Both the position numbers and the translations under genes were made by a program. From the NCBI GenBank assembly GCA_017445225.1, contig JAFSUN010000004.1, forward strand, positions 3,280-67,279: 64,000 nucleotides of DNA, given 5' to 3'. Shown piece after piece: positions 29,209 to 38,644 of this stretch. Origin of the DNA: Erysipelotrichaceae bacterium. Lineage in GTDB: Bacteria > Bacillota_I > Bacilli_A > Erysipelotrichales > Erysipelotrichaceae. The first letter of the stretch is position 1, and each line of letters begins with the position of its first letter. The notes under the pieces were generated by a model. The model ran no database searches and was not told where the DNA came from. It worked only from the letters and a program-made list of their open reading frames with translations.

Positions 29209-31101
29209 TTACCATCCTCCTCCTGATGAACCGCCGAAGCCGCCTCCGGAGAAACCTCCTGAGGAGCCGGAAGATCCGAATGATCCTCCGCCGGAACTGG
29301 ATGACGGCGGTGCCACCGTAAAGCTTTCCTCGATGATCGTCATATGGCTTTCCAGGGAATGCATCATATGATAGTGATCGGTGTAGGCCTGGCTGTAGTA
29401 CCAGGTACACGGTTCAATCGTCAGATTCTTGAAATGATCATTCCAGATGTCCGTCAGGCCTAAGGCATAGGCATACGGCAGAATGTCATAGAAGTAATAG
29501 GGATTTTCCTCCAGCAGCATCTGCAGGCGGTCCTGCTCGGCGTAGATGATGAAGTTTCTCAGACCCAATACCTGGCCCAGCAGTTCACTGGCATAGGCGG
29601 TCCGCTTCTTCATCAGCATTACCTCCACCAGCAGCACCATGTTGAAGGCGGCGGTGACGATCAGATACAGCGGATTGACCGACGCCTTGATGGTATGTAC
29701 CAGAGCAATGATGAAGGCAACGGCGAACAGAACGGCGGCTCCCAGCCAGATGAACAGGCTGGTATACCACCTGTACTGGAATCTCTTCTTGTCGATCCTG
29801 ATCATCAGCACTGAACACAGGGTGATCATGATGGCGATGCCGAAACAGCTGATGAAGGTCACCCCACCGTCATAGCGGTAGCGGTAGCTCACGAAGGCGG
29901 TATAGAGAACCAGCGGCAGTGAGGATACGATGACCCCCAGGATCTGCAGGCACAGGGATTCCGTGGTTACCAGGGAGCGGTTACCGGTGAAGTACTTATC
30001 CAGCTGCTGCTCCGTCTTGTAGATGGTGCTGTACAGCTTGGACTTCAGGCTTTCAACGGTTACCCGGTCGCCCTTCTTGAAGATCCGGTTGAACAGGGTC
30101 TTCTCATAGCCCCGGCTGCTGGCTTCCAGATCATTGATCTTTTCCAGCACCAGGTTCTTCTCTTCTTCTTTGATGGTGATGAGTCCCCTTCTTCCCCAGT
30201 CCAGGATCAGGGAGATGACATCGCTGTCATTGGCTTCCCCGTCGATGATGACACCGACCTCCGCCGAGGTGATGCCGCTGGGAGCGTGGAACTCCACGGT
30301 TTCGATCAGCGGATCGTCCTTTCCGAAGATGAAGAAGACGATCGCCATGATGATGGTAACGGCCACGCCCAGAGCCATGGAAGTCCTGGCATAGCTGTTC
30401 ATGTCCGGGAAGACGTAGTAGTTATCCGGCAGAGTCAGCTGAACGGTTATTGCCTGTCCGGCCTTCAGCGGTTCATCATAGCTGCCACTGATCGTATTGC
30501 CGATCACTTCGACATTCAGAGGTCCCTTGCTGCCGGGGGTTACCCCGACCGGGGAAGAGAACTGCAGCCGGTTGGCATCGAAGTTCTTCGGCATCGAGAT
30601 CCTGAAGTTGACGCTTTCGGTAACGGTATTCCACTTGCCGGAAGTGATGTTCATGAAGAACATCTGCAGGCCGTCCAGATCCAGGTCCCGGGTCACGATC
30701 TGATACTGGAACTTGTAGGTCTCGTATTCAGCCGCATAGCTCTTGGCGGAACCGATCTTGAACTGGACACCGTCGGAAAAACGCTTGATCTCACACTTGT
30801 GATCCGACAGGATCTTAGGATGAATGACCGGGAAGTCATAGGTGCGGTATTTCTTCTCGCCATTGATCTCCCAGGTCATGTTGTATTTTCTTGGAATGTT
30901 CACATAAATGCCGTGAAGCTGCTGGGTAAAGTGAACATTCATCGTCTCACTTACCAGAATGCTTCCGTCCTCATGCACTTCCATCTCCACAGTGTGATTG
31001 ACAATATCAAAGCCTTCTTTAGCGAACGCGGTTAAAGATGTTGAAAACAGCACTGCGGCCACGGTACATGCGGCCAGAAAGACACTTATGAACTTACGCA
31101 T
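29209..31101 (-). CDS. DUF2207-family membrane protein with a Gly/Ser-rich C-terminal tail
   Basis: 630 aa with a signal peptide, a large extracytoplasmic N-domain, TM helices and the tail SSSSGGGSFGSSGSSGGFSGGGFGGSSGGGW. It is paired with LemA (overlap TGATG), the usual partnership for this family. Confidence 0.75.
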   Translation of the reverse strand: MRKFISVFLAACTVAAVLFSTSLTAFAKEGFDIVNHTVEMEVHEDGSILVSETMNVHFTQQLHGIYVNIPRKYNMTWEINGEKKYRTYDFPVIHPKILSDHKCEIKRFSDGVQFKIGSAKSYAAEYETYKFQYQIVTRDLDLDGLQMFFMNITSGKWNTVTESVNFRISMPKNFDANRLQFSSPVGVTPGSKGPLNVEVIGNTISGSYDEPLKAGQAITVQLTLPDNYYVFPDMNSYARTSMALGVAVTIIMAIVFFIFGKDDPLIETVEFHAPSGITSAEVGVIIDGEANDSDVISLILDWGRRGLITIKEEEKNLVLEKINDLEASSRGYEKTLFNRIFKKGDRVTVESLKSKLYSTIYKTEQQLDKYFTGNRSLVTTESLCLQILGVIVSSLPLVLYTAFVSYRYRYDGGVTFISCFGIAIMITLCSVLMIRIDKKRFQYRWYTSLFIWLGAAVLFAVAFIIALVHTIKASVNPLYLIVTAAFNMVLLVEVMLMKKRTAYASELLGQVLGLRNFIIYAEQDRLQMLLEENPYYFYDILPYAYALGLTDIWNDHFKNLTIEPCTWYYSQAYTDHYHMMHSLESHMTIIEESFTVAPPSSSSGGGSFGSSGSSGGFSGGGFGGSSGGGW

Positions 31102-31649
31102 CAGAATTCTACTTTGACGGCTTTACGCTGTGAATCATCAGCTACTTCAAACAGAGCAGCCTTCTGCAGGCCCTTGCTGTTGGCCACGATGCTGGCCGGG
31201 AAGGTCTGAATGCCGGTATTGTACTGCCTGACGACACCGTTGTAGTAACGGCGGGCGGTAGCGACATCTTCTTCAATAGAACCCAGCTGTGACTGCAGGT
31301 TCAGGAAGTTGGTGTTGGCCTTTAAGTCAGGATACTGTTCGGCTAAGGCTAATAAGCCTCTGACGGCGGTGGTAACCTGAGTTTCGGCTTCGATCTTCTC
31401 ATTGGTGGTATGAGCGCTGTTTCTGGCAGCGATGACCTTTTCCAGAGCCTCGGTCTCATGCTTGGCATAGCCCTTGACGGTGGCGACCAGGTTCGGGATC
31501 AGTTCAGCTCTCTTGGCCAGGTAGACATCCATGGTGGCGAACGCTTCTTCAACCTTGTTCTGCAGAACGACGAACTTGTTGGATGTGGAAATGAAATACC
31601 ATGCAGCAAGAACTACTGCCACGATAAGTGCGATTAATACATATTTCAT
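31101..31649 (-). CDS. LemA-family protein
   Basis: N-terminal TM helix, then ...NKFVVLQNKVEEAFATMDVYLAKRAELIPNLV...ARRYYNGVVRQYN. ATG at 31649 lies 8 nt after AAGGAGAG. Confidence 0.85.
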   Translation of the reverse strand: MKYVLIALIVAVVLAAWYFISTSNKFVVLQNKVEEAFATMDVYLAKRAELIPNLVATVKGYAKHETEALEKVIAARNSAHTTNEKIEAETQVTTAVRGLLALAEQYPDLKANTNFLNLQSQLGSIEEDVATARRYYNGVVRQYNTGIQTFPASIVANSKGLQKAALFEVADDSQRKAVKVEF

Positions 31650-31766
31650 AATATTTCTCTCCTTTTTTATCACATTAAATTATATACTCAAAAAAATTCT
31701 CTGTCTATAATTCACGATTTTTCTATACTTTTTGAAACAAAGTGTTATAATTGAATAGCCGCAAGG

Positions 31767-31843
31767 CGGGATGTAGCACAGTTTGGTAGTGCACCTGGTT
31801 CGGGACCAGGGGGTCGCAGGTTCAAATCCTGTCATTCCGACCA
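31767..31843 (+). tRNA. tRNA-Pro (anticodon CGG), CCA encoded
   Basis: Hand-folded cloverleaf: acceptor CGGGATG/CATTCCG, D stem GCAC/GTGC, anticodon stem CCTGG/CCAGG with loop TTCGGGA, T loop TTCAAAT. 77 nt. Confidence 0.9.
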
Positions 31844-31846
31844 TCG

Positions 31847-31873
31847 ACCGGAACTGCTGTTCCGGTTTTTTTG
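31847..31873 (+). terminator. Terminator after tRNA-Pro
   Basis: ACCGGAAC-TGCT-GTTCCGGT followed by TTTTTTT. Confidence 0.8.
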
Positions 31874-31924
31874 TTGCAATTTCATCCCTGCTCGTGTATA
31901 GTAACTATCGTTGTGCCCGGCACA

Positions 31925-31968
31925 CACGTGAGTTCGTAACCATCCTCACGTAAAACAAAACTAAGGAG
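31925..31968 (+). promoter_or_regulatory. preQ1-I riboswitch controlling queT
   Basis: A short hairpin CGUGAG-UUCGUAACCAUC-CUCACG is followed by the A-rich tail UAAAACAAAACUAAGGAG, which runs into the SD. This is the same architecture as the B. subtilis queC element (..AAAAAACUAAGG). It sits before a QueT-type transporter. Confidence 0.7.
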
Positions 31969-31978
31969 AAACTGAAAC

Positions 31979-32479
31979 ATGAAAAACAGACAACTGAAAC
32001 TGACCGCCCAGGCTGCGATGATCGCTGCCGTGTACGTCGCCCTGACTTATGTCTTTGCCCCGATCTCCTTCGGTGAGATCCAGGTAAGGATCGCCGAAGC
32101 CCTCACCATTCTGCCGGTCTTCACACCGGCTGCCATCCCGGGGCTGTTCATCGGCTGCCTCATCGGCAATGCCATCTCCGGTGCCGTTGTTCCCGACATC
32201 ATCATGGGCTCCATCGCTACCCTGTTAGGCGCTCTGGGAACCAGGATGCTGAGAAAGCAGTCACCCTTCATCGCCGTCCTGCCGCCCATCATTGCCAACA
32301 TGGTGATCGTGCCGTTCGTACTGCGCTATGCCTACGAAGTCCAGCTGCCGATCCCCTTCATGATGCTGACCGTCGGCATCGGTGAAGTCCTCTCCTGCGG
32401 CGTTCTGGGCATCATGCTCTACTATGCCCTCTACCGGCACAGAGCCCAGATCTTCAGGGAAGAGGATTCCCTTTCCTAA
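31979..32479 (+). CDS. queT: Queuosine-precursor transporter QueT (ECF S-component-like)
   Basis: 166 aa with 5 TM helices, N-terminus LTAQAAMIAAVYVALTYVFAPISFGEIQVRIAEAL. The riboswitch context supports the call. Confidence 0.8.
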   Translation: MKNRQLKLTAQAAMIAAVYVALTYVFAPISFGEIQVRIAEALTILPVFTPAAIPGLFIGCLIGNAISGAVVPDIIMGSIATLLGALGTRMLRKQSPFIAVLPPIIANMVIVPFVLRYAYEVQLPIPFMMLTVGIGEVLSCGVLGIMLYYALYRHRAQIFREEDSLS

Positions 32480-32543
32480 GCGGAGCGCAATGTCATTAAC
32501 GGCAGATAATTTAGTCAGAACTATTATCAACATTTAGCAAGTT

Positions 32544-32572
32544 AAAAAGTGCAGAATAATCTGCACTTTTTT
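32544..32572. terminator. Bidirectional terminator between queT and the zinc-ribbon gene
   Basis: AAAAGTGCAG-AATAAT-CTGCACTTTT with flanking A- and T-runs. Confidence 0.75.
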
Positions 32573-35026
32573 CTATATAGAATCATCTTCGAATAACGAC
32601 TCTTGATATTCTCCTGTGCCCTTACATCTTGGGCACTTCTTTCCATAGAATCTGTCTTCAATTCTATCTTTCCATTGATAACCACATAAATGACATTTCC
32701 AATAGATCATACTATGACTTTTTGATGTAAACATAGTTGGAAGACGAGTTCCATTTTTTTCAAAATCCCACTCTTTAGCCAACTCAGGTTTTATAGTCGC
32801 TAAATCATTAAATCCGGGTAATATTTTATGTCCAGAACAATACGGACATCCCTGGTTTTGTCCTGTTCTATTAGCCACTTTTTGCATAAAACTATGGCCT
32901 TTATTACATTTCCACCATGCAGTTTCCCGGCCTTTATATGCAACCTCAACAGGGCTCCTTTTATTCTTCTCAAAGTCCCACTCCTTTACAAGATCAGGAC
33001 GCATGGTAGCCAGATCATTTACTCCAGGGACGAACTGTTTCTTAGCAGTTTCTGACATTTTCTTTCTTGCACAATTTGGGCATCCATGTCCCTCTGCTCT
33101 GGCATATCTGCTTGCTGGCACCGCTTGCCATTCATAACCACAAACACTGCATTTCCACCAAATCCGTTTTCTGTTACTTGTTGCGACAGTATTATACGGT
33201 GTCAAGTATCCATTCTTGGTAGGATGCCACTCTTCAATCAAATCTGGACGTACAGCAGCAAAACTGCTCTTTTCCATTTTGCTTTTCATTATCTCTGAGA
33301 CAATACCAACATCTCTCTGACAATCTACATCTGGTTCAATTGAAAGATTATACTTCTTGTTGATATAGTCGAATAGCTGACTAATTGATTTATCTAATTC
33401 ATGATAGTTTTTGTAACCACCTTCTGTAACAATTATGAAACTGCCATCAAACAGTTCTTCACAACCCTTTTCTCTAATCCTTACTAAATCTATACCTAAA
33501 GATTTGAGTTGTTCTGTTTTTTTTAAATCCTTTAGAATGCTTTTATGCCATCTACTTCCATCATATTCAATTCCCAACTTTAGTGACGGAATATATATGT
33601 CAATTTCTTGCCGACCTAAAACATCACTTCTATATGAATTAACTGCGTCATCAAAATGTTTCCTGACATAGTAATAAACCATTTGTTCTGGTTCTGATGT
33701 TCGGTAGGCTTTTGCACATTCAGGACACCCCTGTCCTTTTGATCTCAGATGGATACTTTTCTTCCATTCATTTCCACATCTTGGACATAGCCACCATACC
33801 TTCTCAGAACTAGCTCTTGTAAAATCATTTGGAGTCAACACCCCATTTTTAGTTGGATGCCATTCTTTCGCCAAATCTGGTTCCAATGCTGCAAATGTAT
33901 TGCCAGCTGCTTTCATATTTTTAACTTTATTACCTGAGCTGATTCTTTTGCTACAGGCAGTACATACAAGATGTTTATTCTTTGTTCTTCCATATATAGA
34001 CATCTCATATGACTTTCCGCATTCAAAGCATTTCCACCACACCCGACTGTGGCTTCCCTTTAGTACATCTTTTGGTGTTAGATCTCCGTTCTTTTCTTTG
34101 TCCCATAAAACTGCTATTTCAGGATAATTAGATTCTAAGTCATTGAATCCGACTAACACCCTTTTTCCTGAACAGTATGGACAACCTTGCTTCTGATTAG
34201 TTCTAGCTGCCGGCGTCATTAAATAACTATGATTCTTCTTACATAACCAATACACTTTCCTACCTGTGGAACTGGCTGTAACTTCATACGGAGTAATAGT
34301 GTTTTTCTTGTAATCCCACTCTTCCAGTAATTCAGGATACCGATCTGCTAAAGAACCCCCAGTAGTAAGAATAGCGTTCCTTCTTGCTTGAGCTCCCCTG
34401 CGATTTCCACAGTCTTTACATCCTCTTCCTGTAGTTCTTTCATATATGGAAGCTCGCCATTTTCTTCCGCAGGTTTTACAAATCCAATTTACTTTTGTGT
34501 TGCTTTTAGCATATATTTCATCTGGATTTATAGTATTGTTCTCATAATCCCATTCATCCAATAATTCTGGATGTAGACTAGCCAAATCATTGAAACCTTT
34601 TAGCACTTTTTTTCCTGCACAATATGGACAGCCCTGATTCTGGAAAGCTTTACTGGAAATCTTCTGCAGATATGAATGACCCTTTTCGCATTTCCAAAAC
34701 GCATTCTTGTTTGCATATTGGGCAACTTCAGTAGGGTTAAAATCGGTGTTTTTATCATAATCCCATTCAGCTAACAAATCTGGTCGTTTAGTTGCCAGAT
34801 CATTAAATCCTGCAAGAACTTTAGTACCAGCACAGTATGGACAGCCACTACCCCTTGTTCTGGTTGCTATTGATGTTTCCCAAGATCCGCCGCAATTTGG
34901 GCATTTCCACCAAACTTTGATATTGCTTCTCGGCGAAAAATCCTCAGGTCTAGCTCCGAGGTTCTTATCATAATCCCAATATCCATTTACAACAGCCGGA
35001 AAAGCTTCTTTCAAGTTCTTCTTCAT
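32573..35026 (-). CDS. Poly-zinc-ribbon protein with a central DUF559/Vsr-like (PD-(D/E)xK) endonuclease-fold domain
   Basis: 817 aa with nine ~70-aa modules of the form W(D/H)xxKN...P.....S..KVWWKC..CG..W...I..R..G.GCP.C.G. They begin at W17, W88, W159, W237, W308 and W389, and again at W600, W683 and W753. Between them lies EIDIYIPSLKLGIEYDGSRWH (aa 474-494), which matches the DUF559 pattern x-D-F-x...L-x-I-E-x-D-G-x-x-H. The gene is visibly more A+T-rich than its flanks. Confidence 0.8.
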   Translation of the reverse strand: MKKNLKEAFPAVVNGYWDYDKNLGARPEDFSPRSNIKVWWKCPNCGGSWETSIATRTRGSGCPYCAGTKVLAGFNDLATKRPDLLAEWDYDKNTDFNPTEVAQYANKNAFWKCEKGHSYLQKISSKAFQNQGCPYCAGKKVLKGFNDLASLHPELLDEWDYENNTINPDEIYAKSNTKVNWICKTCGRKWRASIYERTTGRGCKDCGNRRGAQARRNAILTTGGSLADRYPELLEEWDYKKNTITPYEVTASSTGRKVYWLCKKNHSYLMTPAARTNQKQGCPYCSGKRVLVGFNDLESNYPEIAVLWDKEKNGDLTPKDVLKGSHSRVWWKCFECGKSYEMSIYGRTKNKHLVCTACSKRISSGNKVKNMKAAGNTFAALEPDLAKEWHPTKNGVLTPNDFTRASSEKVWWLCPRCGNEWKKSIHLRSKGQGCPECAKAYRTSEPEQMVYYYVRKHFDDAVNSYRSDVLGRQEIDIYIPSLKLGIEYDGSRWHKSILKDLKKTEQLKSLGIDLVRIREKGCEELFDGSFIIVTEGGYKNYHELDKSISQLFDYINKKYNLSIEPDVDCQRDVGIVSEIMKSKMEKSSFAAVRPDLIEEWHPTKNGYLTPYNTVATSNRKRIWWKCSVCGYEWQAVPASRYARAEGHGCPNCARKKMSETAKKQFVPGVNDLATMRPDLVKEWDFEKNKRSPVEVAYKGRETAWWKCNKGHSFMQKVANRTGQNQGCPYCSGHKILPGFNDLATIKPELAKEWDFEKNGTRLPTMFTSKSHSMIYWKCHLCGYQWKDRIEDRFYGKKCPRCKGTGEYQESLFEDDSI

Positions 35027-35044
35027 GGTTTTTATTTCGTTTTT

Positions 35045-35053
35045 ATTATAGCA
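35045..35053 (-). promoter_or_regulatory. Extended -10 promoter (TGCTATAAT) of the zinc-ribbon gene
   Basis: On the minus strand TGCTATAAT ends 18 nt before the ATG. No SD is recognisable in the short leader. Confidence 0.45.
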
Positions 35054-35147
35054 AACATGTAATAGATATCATCCTTCACATCTGTAAAAAACAACAAAAA
35101 GAAGAATCTGACGACTCTTCTCTCGTTTCCTTGCTTTTTCTTTTAGT

Positions 35148-36494
35148 TTAGTCTGCCAGCGTTCCCATCGGGTCCCACGGTTCCAGTTCCACCAGGGGCT
35201 GCTCCAGGAGCTTTCTGGTTTCTCTGGAGAGATAGTTCTTGTCAACGACCGCCTGGAAGACGTAATCGTCAAACCACTGGTCACTGGCCACATAATAGCC
35301 GTCACGGCCGGCCTTCTTGCCCCAGCTGTTTTCAATCTTCCATTTCAGAGGCTTGCCGTTCTTTAAGTCAACCCCTTCAAAGACCATGGCATGGTTCATG
35401 GCACTTTCACCATAGGTCAGCTTGTCGCCCTTGGTAAACCAGTGCTTAATGCCGCACATCTCGGCGATGGCCGCGGTCGCCTCGTCAAAGGTACCGCTCT
35501 TGTCTTCCGAGCCCTGGCCGCAGTCCGAACCGAACCAGACCGGATGGCCGTCCTTCAGCTGGGCGATGACCGCCTTCTTGACCTCGTCGATCGGCAGGTT
35601 CAGATATCTTACCGGCTCCCCTTCCACGACGTTGCCGAGGTGCTTGACGGTATACATGGCATTGAACGGCTTGTCATGGGATGGGGCATTGATAAGCGAT
35701 ACGTAGTCTTCGATCTTGATGCCGATGTACTTGCGGAAGAACTCCCTGGGGGTGATGTCCCGCTCTTCGATCAGCTTTTCATCCTTGTCATGGACCACCA
35801 GGTCAAAGCTGACCGGCGGCTCGCCCAAGGCTATGACCAGGATCCGGTAGATCTCCTTCAGCATTTCTCTGCGGGTCTTCAACAGTTCCTTCCGGCTCAG
35901 ACCGTCCTTAACGGCCTTGCGCAGCACTACGGCATCCTCTCTTAAGCGCTTGGTCATCAGCTGGGTATACTTCCAGGTGTCACGGGCATTGGCGCTGTCC
36001 GGATAGGCATATTTCGGGCAGACTCCGTACTTGTTTACCAGGTTGACGATCATGTCCCACTGACCCCCATCGCCTAACGGATCGCGGTTGATCCAGTTGA
36101 ACAGTCTTCCCTCTACCGGCTCATCAGCCAGTTCGATCACGGTATTCAGATAGAAGTTGGCCTTTTCCAGCTTGTCCCAGAAATGCAGATAAGCCTGGGA
36201 AAGCTCAAAGTCCTCTACCTTGTTCTTCTTCATGAATTCATAGCGGAAAACGTTGGTAGCGGCGAACAGCCAGCAGCGGCCGCTGCTTTCCTGATTGGTT
36301 ATCGAACCCTGCTTCAGTTCGATCGAGAAATTGGTGTCGTTACGGCGCAAGGCCTTGTAGTCAACGGCAGCCTTGTCAATTCCGACGCTGTTGGAGGCAT
36401 TGGCAGCGACCTTATAAGCTTCATTACTGTTAAAGTCCCGGAGATATTCCTTCACATCATCAGCACTTACAGTGGTTCCAACTAAGTCTCTCAT
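35148..36494 (-). CDS. pepC: Aminopeptidase C (C1-family bleomycin-hydrolase-like cysteine peptidase)
   Basis: Active-site QESSGRCWLFAATN and C-terminal ..ENSWG..GYY. 448 aa from the ATG at 36494, which follows AGAGGAAA. Confidence 0.9.
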   Translation of the reverse strand: MRDLVGTTVSADDVKEYLRDFNSNEAYKVAANASNSVGIDKAAVDYKALRRNDTNFSIELKQGSITNQESSGRCWLFAATNVFRYEFMKKNKVEDFELSQAYLHFWDKLEKANFYLNTVIELADEPVEGRLFNWINRDPLGDGGQWDMIVNLVNKYGVCPKYAYPDSANARDTWKYTQLMTKRLREDAVVLRKAVKDGLSRKELLKTRREMLKEIYRILVIALGEPPVSFDLVVHDKDEKLIEERDITPREFFRKYIGIKIEDYVSLINAPSHDKPFNAMYTVKHLGNVVEGEPVRYLNLPIDEVKKAVIAQLKDGHPVWFGSDCGQGSEDKSGTFDEATAAIAEMCGIKHWFTKGDKLTYGESAMNHAMVFEGVDLKNGKPLKWKIENSWGKKAGRDGYYVASDQWFDDYVFQAVVDKNYLSRETRKLLEQPLVELEPWDPMGTLAD

Positions 36495-36574
36495 ATGATT
36501 TCCTCTTTTCCTTATGAAACTTACTATAGTACAAAAAGGCCGCTTCGGCAAATCATCCGCATGAAAAAAAGGGA

Positions 36575-38452
36575 TCAGATGATCCCTTCGGCATTATCAA
36601 GTATCTTCTTCAGGACGCTGTCTTCATCCAGGCCGTAGCGCTTTCTTAGCTCTTCAATGCTGCCATGCTCCAGATAGCGGTCTTCCAGAGTGATCGGCAG
36701 CAGTTTCATGTCGATGCCGTTTTCCTTCATCGCCGCCTGCAGACGCTGGCTGTAGCTGTTGGTGTAGACGACTTCCTCCATCATCACGGCCAGCTGATGA
36801 TCGGCCGCCATCTCCTTGATCAGATCAATGTCGATGTGGGAAAGGAAGCGGATGTTGACGACAGTGGCCTCGTAACCCCGATTGAGCAGTTCTTCCCGGA
36901 CCTTCATGGCGGTTTTCACCATGACACCGGTCGCCAGTAACAGGATCTTCTTTCCTCTTACCAGCACTTCATTGCGGTTGCAGGCGATCGGCTGGCGGTA
37001 TTCGCTCAGTTCTTCGCCGGCCTGCGAACGGGGATACCGGACAGCGATCGGGCCGTTGTGGACCTCGATGGCATACTCCAGCATGTCTTCCAGCTCCTGC
37101 CGGTTCTTCGGTGACATCACCGTCATGTTCGGTACGGTTGTCAGGAAGGCCTCATCGAAGATCCCCTGGTGGGTCTTGCCGTCGTTGCCGACGATGCCGG
37201 CACGGTCAATGGCGAATACCACATGGAGATTCTGCATGCAGACATCGTTGACGATCTGATCATAGGCCCTCTGTAAGAAGGTCGAATAGATGGCTGCCAC
37301 CGGCTTCTTGCCGGCCTTGGCCAGGGCTCCCGCAAAGGTAACGGCATATTCTTCAGCGATGCCGACATCATAGAAGCGCCTTGGGAACTGCTTATGGAAG
37401 TCATACAGTCCGGTACCGTAAGGCATGGCGGCCGTAATGGCGATGACGTCAGGGTCCTTCTTAGCCAGCTCCAGCATCTTGGCGGAGAAGACGTCGGTGT
37501 AACTGGGACCCTTCTTTACCTTCAGGCTCTGGCCGGTTTTAATATCAAAGCGGTCAACGCCATGGAACTGAGCCGGGTGGTCTTCAGCCAGCTTGTAGCC
37601 CTTGCCCTTGACGGTCAGGGTGTGGATGATGACCGGCTTGTTCAGCCGCCAGGCATTGTTAAGAGCCTGGTAGACCTGCTCGATGTTATGGCCGTCGATC
37701 GGTCCGATGTAGATGATGCCCATGTCCTCAAACATCATGCCGGGGACAAAGAGCCGCTTGATGGATTCCTTGGCATTGTAGATGCCGTCATGCAGATAAT
37801 CGCCGACCACCGGAATGGAATTGATGGCCTTTCTGACGGCCTTCTTGACAGCGGTGTACCGGTTGCTGGTCCGGATGCGGCCCAGGTAATTGGCCATGCC
37901 GCCGACATTCTTGGCGATCGAGCGTTCGTTATCGTTCAGGACAATGATCAGATTGCTCTTGAGCTGGGACAGATTGTTCAGGGCTTCCATTGTCAGACCG
38001 CCGGTAATGGCACCGTCGCCAATGACGGCGACGATCTTCTCATCGGTCTTATTGAGCTGACGGGCTGCCGCAAAGCCGCTGGCTACCGCAATGGAAGTTG
38101 AGGCATGACCGGCCACAAAGCTGTCACAATCGCTCTCCTGGGGATCCGGAAAGCCGGAAACGCTGTCGAGCTGGCGCAGTGACATCAGCTGATCCTTCCT
38201 TCCGGTCAGGATCTTGTGCACATAGCTCTGATGTCCCACATCAAAGACCAGCTTGTCCTTGGGGAAATCCATGAACCGGTGCAGGGCGATGGTGATCTCC
38301 ACCATGCCCAGGTTGCTGGCGAGGTGGCCGCCATTGCGGCTGGTGACCTCCAGCAGATAGTCCCGGATCTCTTCAGAAAGCTGGTCGAGCTGGTCGGCAG
38401 GAACCTTCTTTATGTCATTGGGTTCTCTGATTGAATCTAAAATCTTTGTCAT
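36575..38452 (-). CDS. dxs: 1-deoxy-D-xylulose-5-phosphate synthase
   Basis: GGHLASNLG, VFDVGHQSY and GDGAITGG (TPP motif). 625 aa from the ATG at 38452, which follows AGAGGT. Confidence 0.95.
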   Translation of the reverse strand: MTKILDSIREPNDIKKVPADQLDQLSEEIRDYLLEVTSRNGGHLASNLGMVEITIALHRFMDFPKDKLVFDVGHQSYVHKILTGRKDQLMSLRQLDSVSGFPDPQESDCDSFVAGHASTSIAVASGFAAARQLNKTDEKIVAVIGDGAITGGLTMEALNNLSQLKSNLIIVLNDNERSIAKNVGGMANYLGRIRTSNRYTAVKKAVRKAINSIPVVGDYLHDGIYNAKESIKRLFVPGMMFEDMGIIYIGPIDGHNIEQVYQALNNAWRLNKPVIIHTLTVKGKGYKLAEDHPAQFHGVDRFDIKTGQSLKVKKGPSYTDVFSAKMLELAKKDPDVIAITAAMPYGTGLYDFHKQFPRRFYDVGIAEEYAVTFAGALAKAGKKPVAAIYSTFLQRAYDQIVNDVCMQNLHVVFAIDRAGIVGNDGKTHQGIFDEAFLTTVPNMTVMSPKNRQELEDMLEYAIEVHNGPIAVRYPRSQAGEELSEYRQPIACNRNEVLVRGKKILLLATGVMVKTAMKVREELLNRGYEATVVNIRFLSHIDIDLIKEMAADHQLAVMMEEVVYTNSYSQRLQAAMKENGIDMKLLPITLEDRYLEHGSIEELRKRYGLDEDSVLKKILDNAEGII

Positions 38453-38644
38453 TACGATACCTCTATGCTGTGACAGAGACACTGAGGTTGGGTCAGTAAA
38501 GGAAGCGTTGATTTGATTATGTCTCTCTGTCTGCACCCCTATTCTACCATAAGATGGCCGGTAAGCTTACACAAACTGGCCGGTTTTCCGGTTTTCAGGC
38601 CCAAAATAAAGGGTTAGATTTTCTCTAACCCTTTGCTTTTACGC

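Noticed and set aside
29075-29410. A 111-aa minus-strand ORF overlapping the 3' end of the DUF2207 gene
   Set aside because: It lies out of frame inside the Gly/Ser-rich tail region and has an Arg-rich nonsense-like composition. The 42-aa lipoprotein ORF (29080-29208) explains the downstream part better.
32567-35051. Possible target-site duplication flanking the zinc-ribbon island (TTTTTTCTATATAG at 32567-32580 versus TTTTTATTATAG at 35040-35051)
   Set aside because: The match is imperfect and low-complexity A+T sequence. One copy overlaps the terminator T-run and the gene's stop codon. This is compatible with chance.
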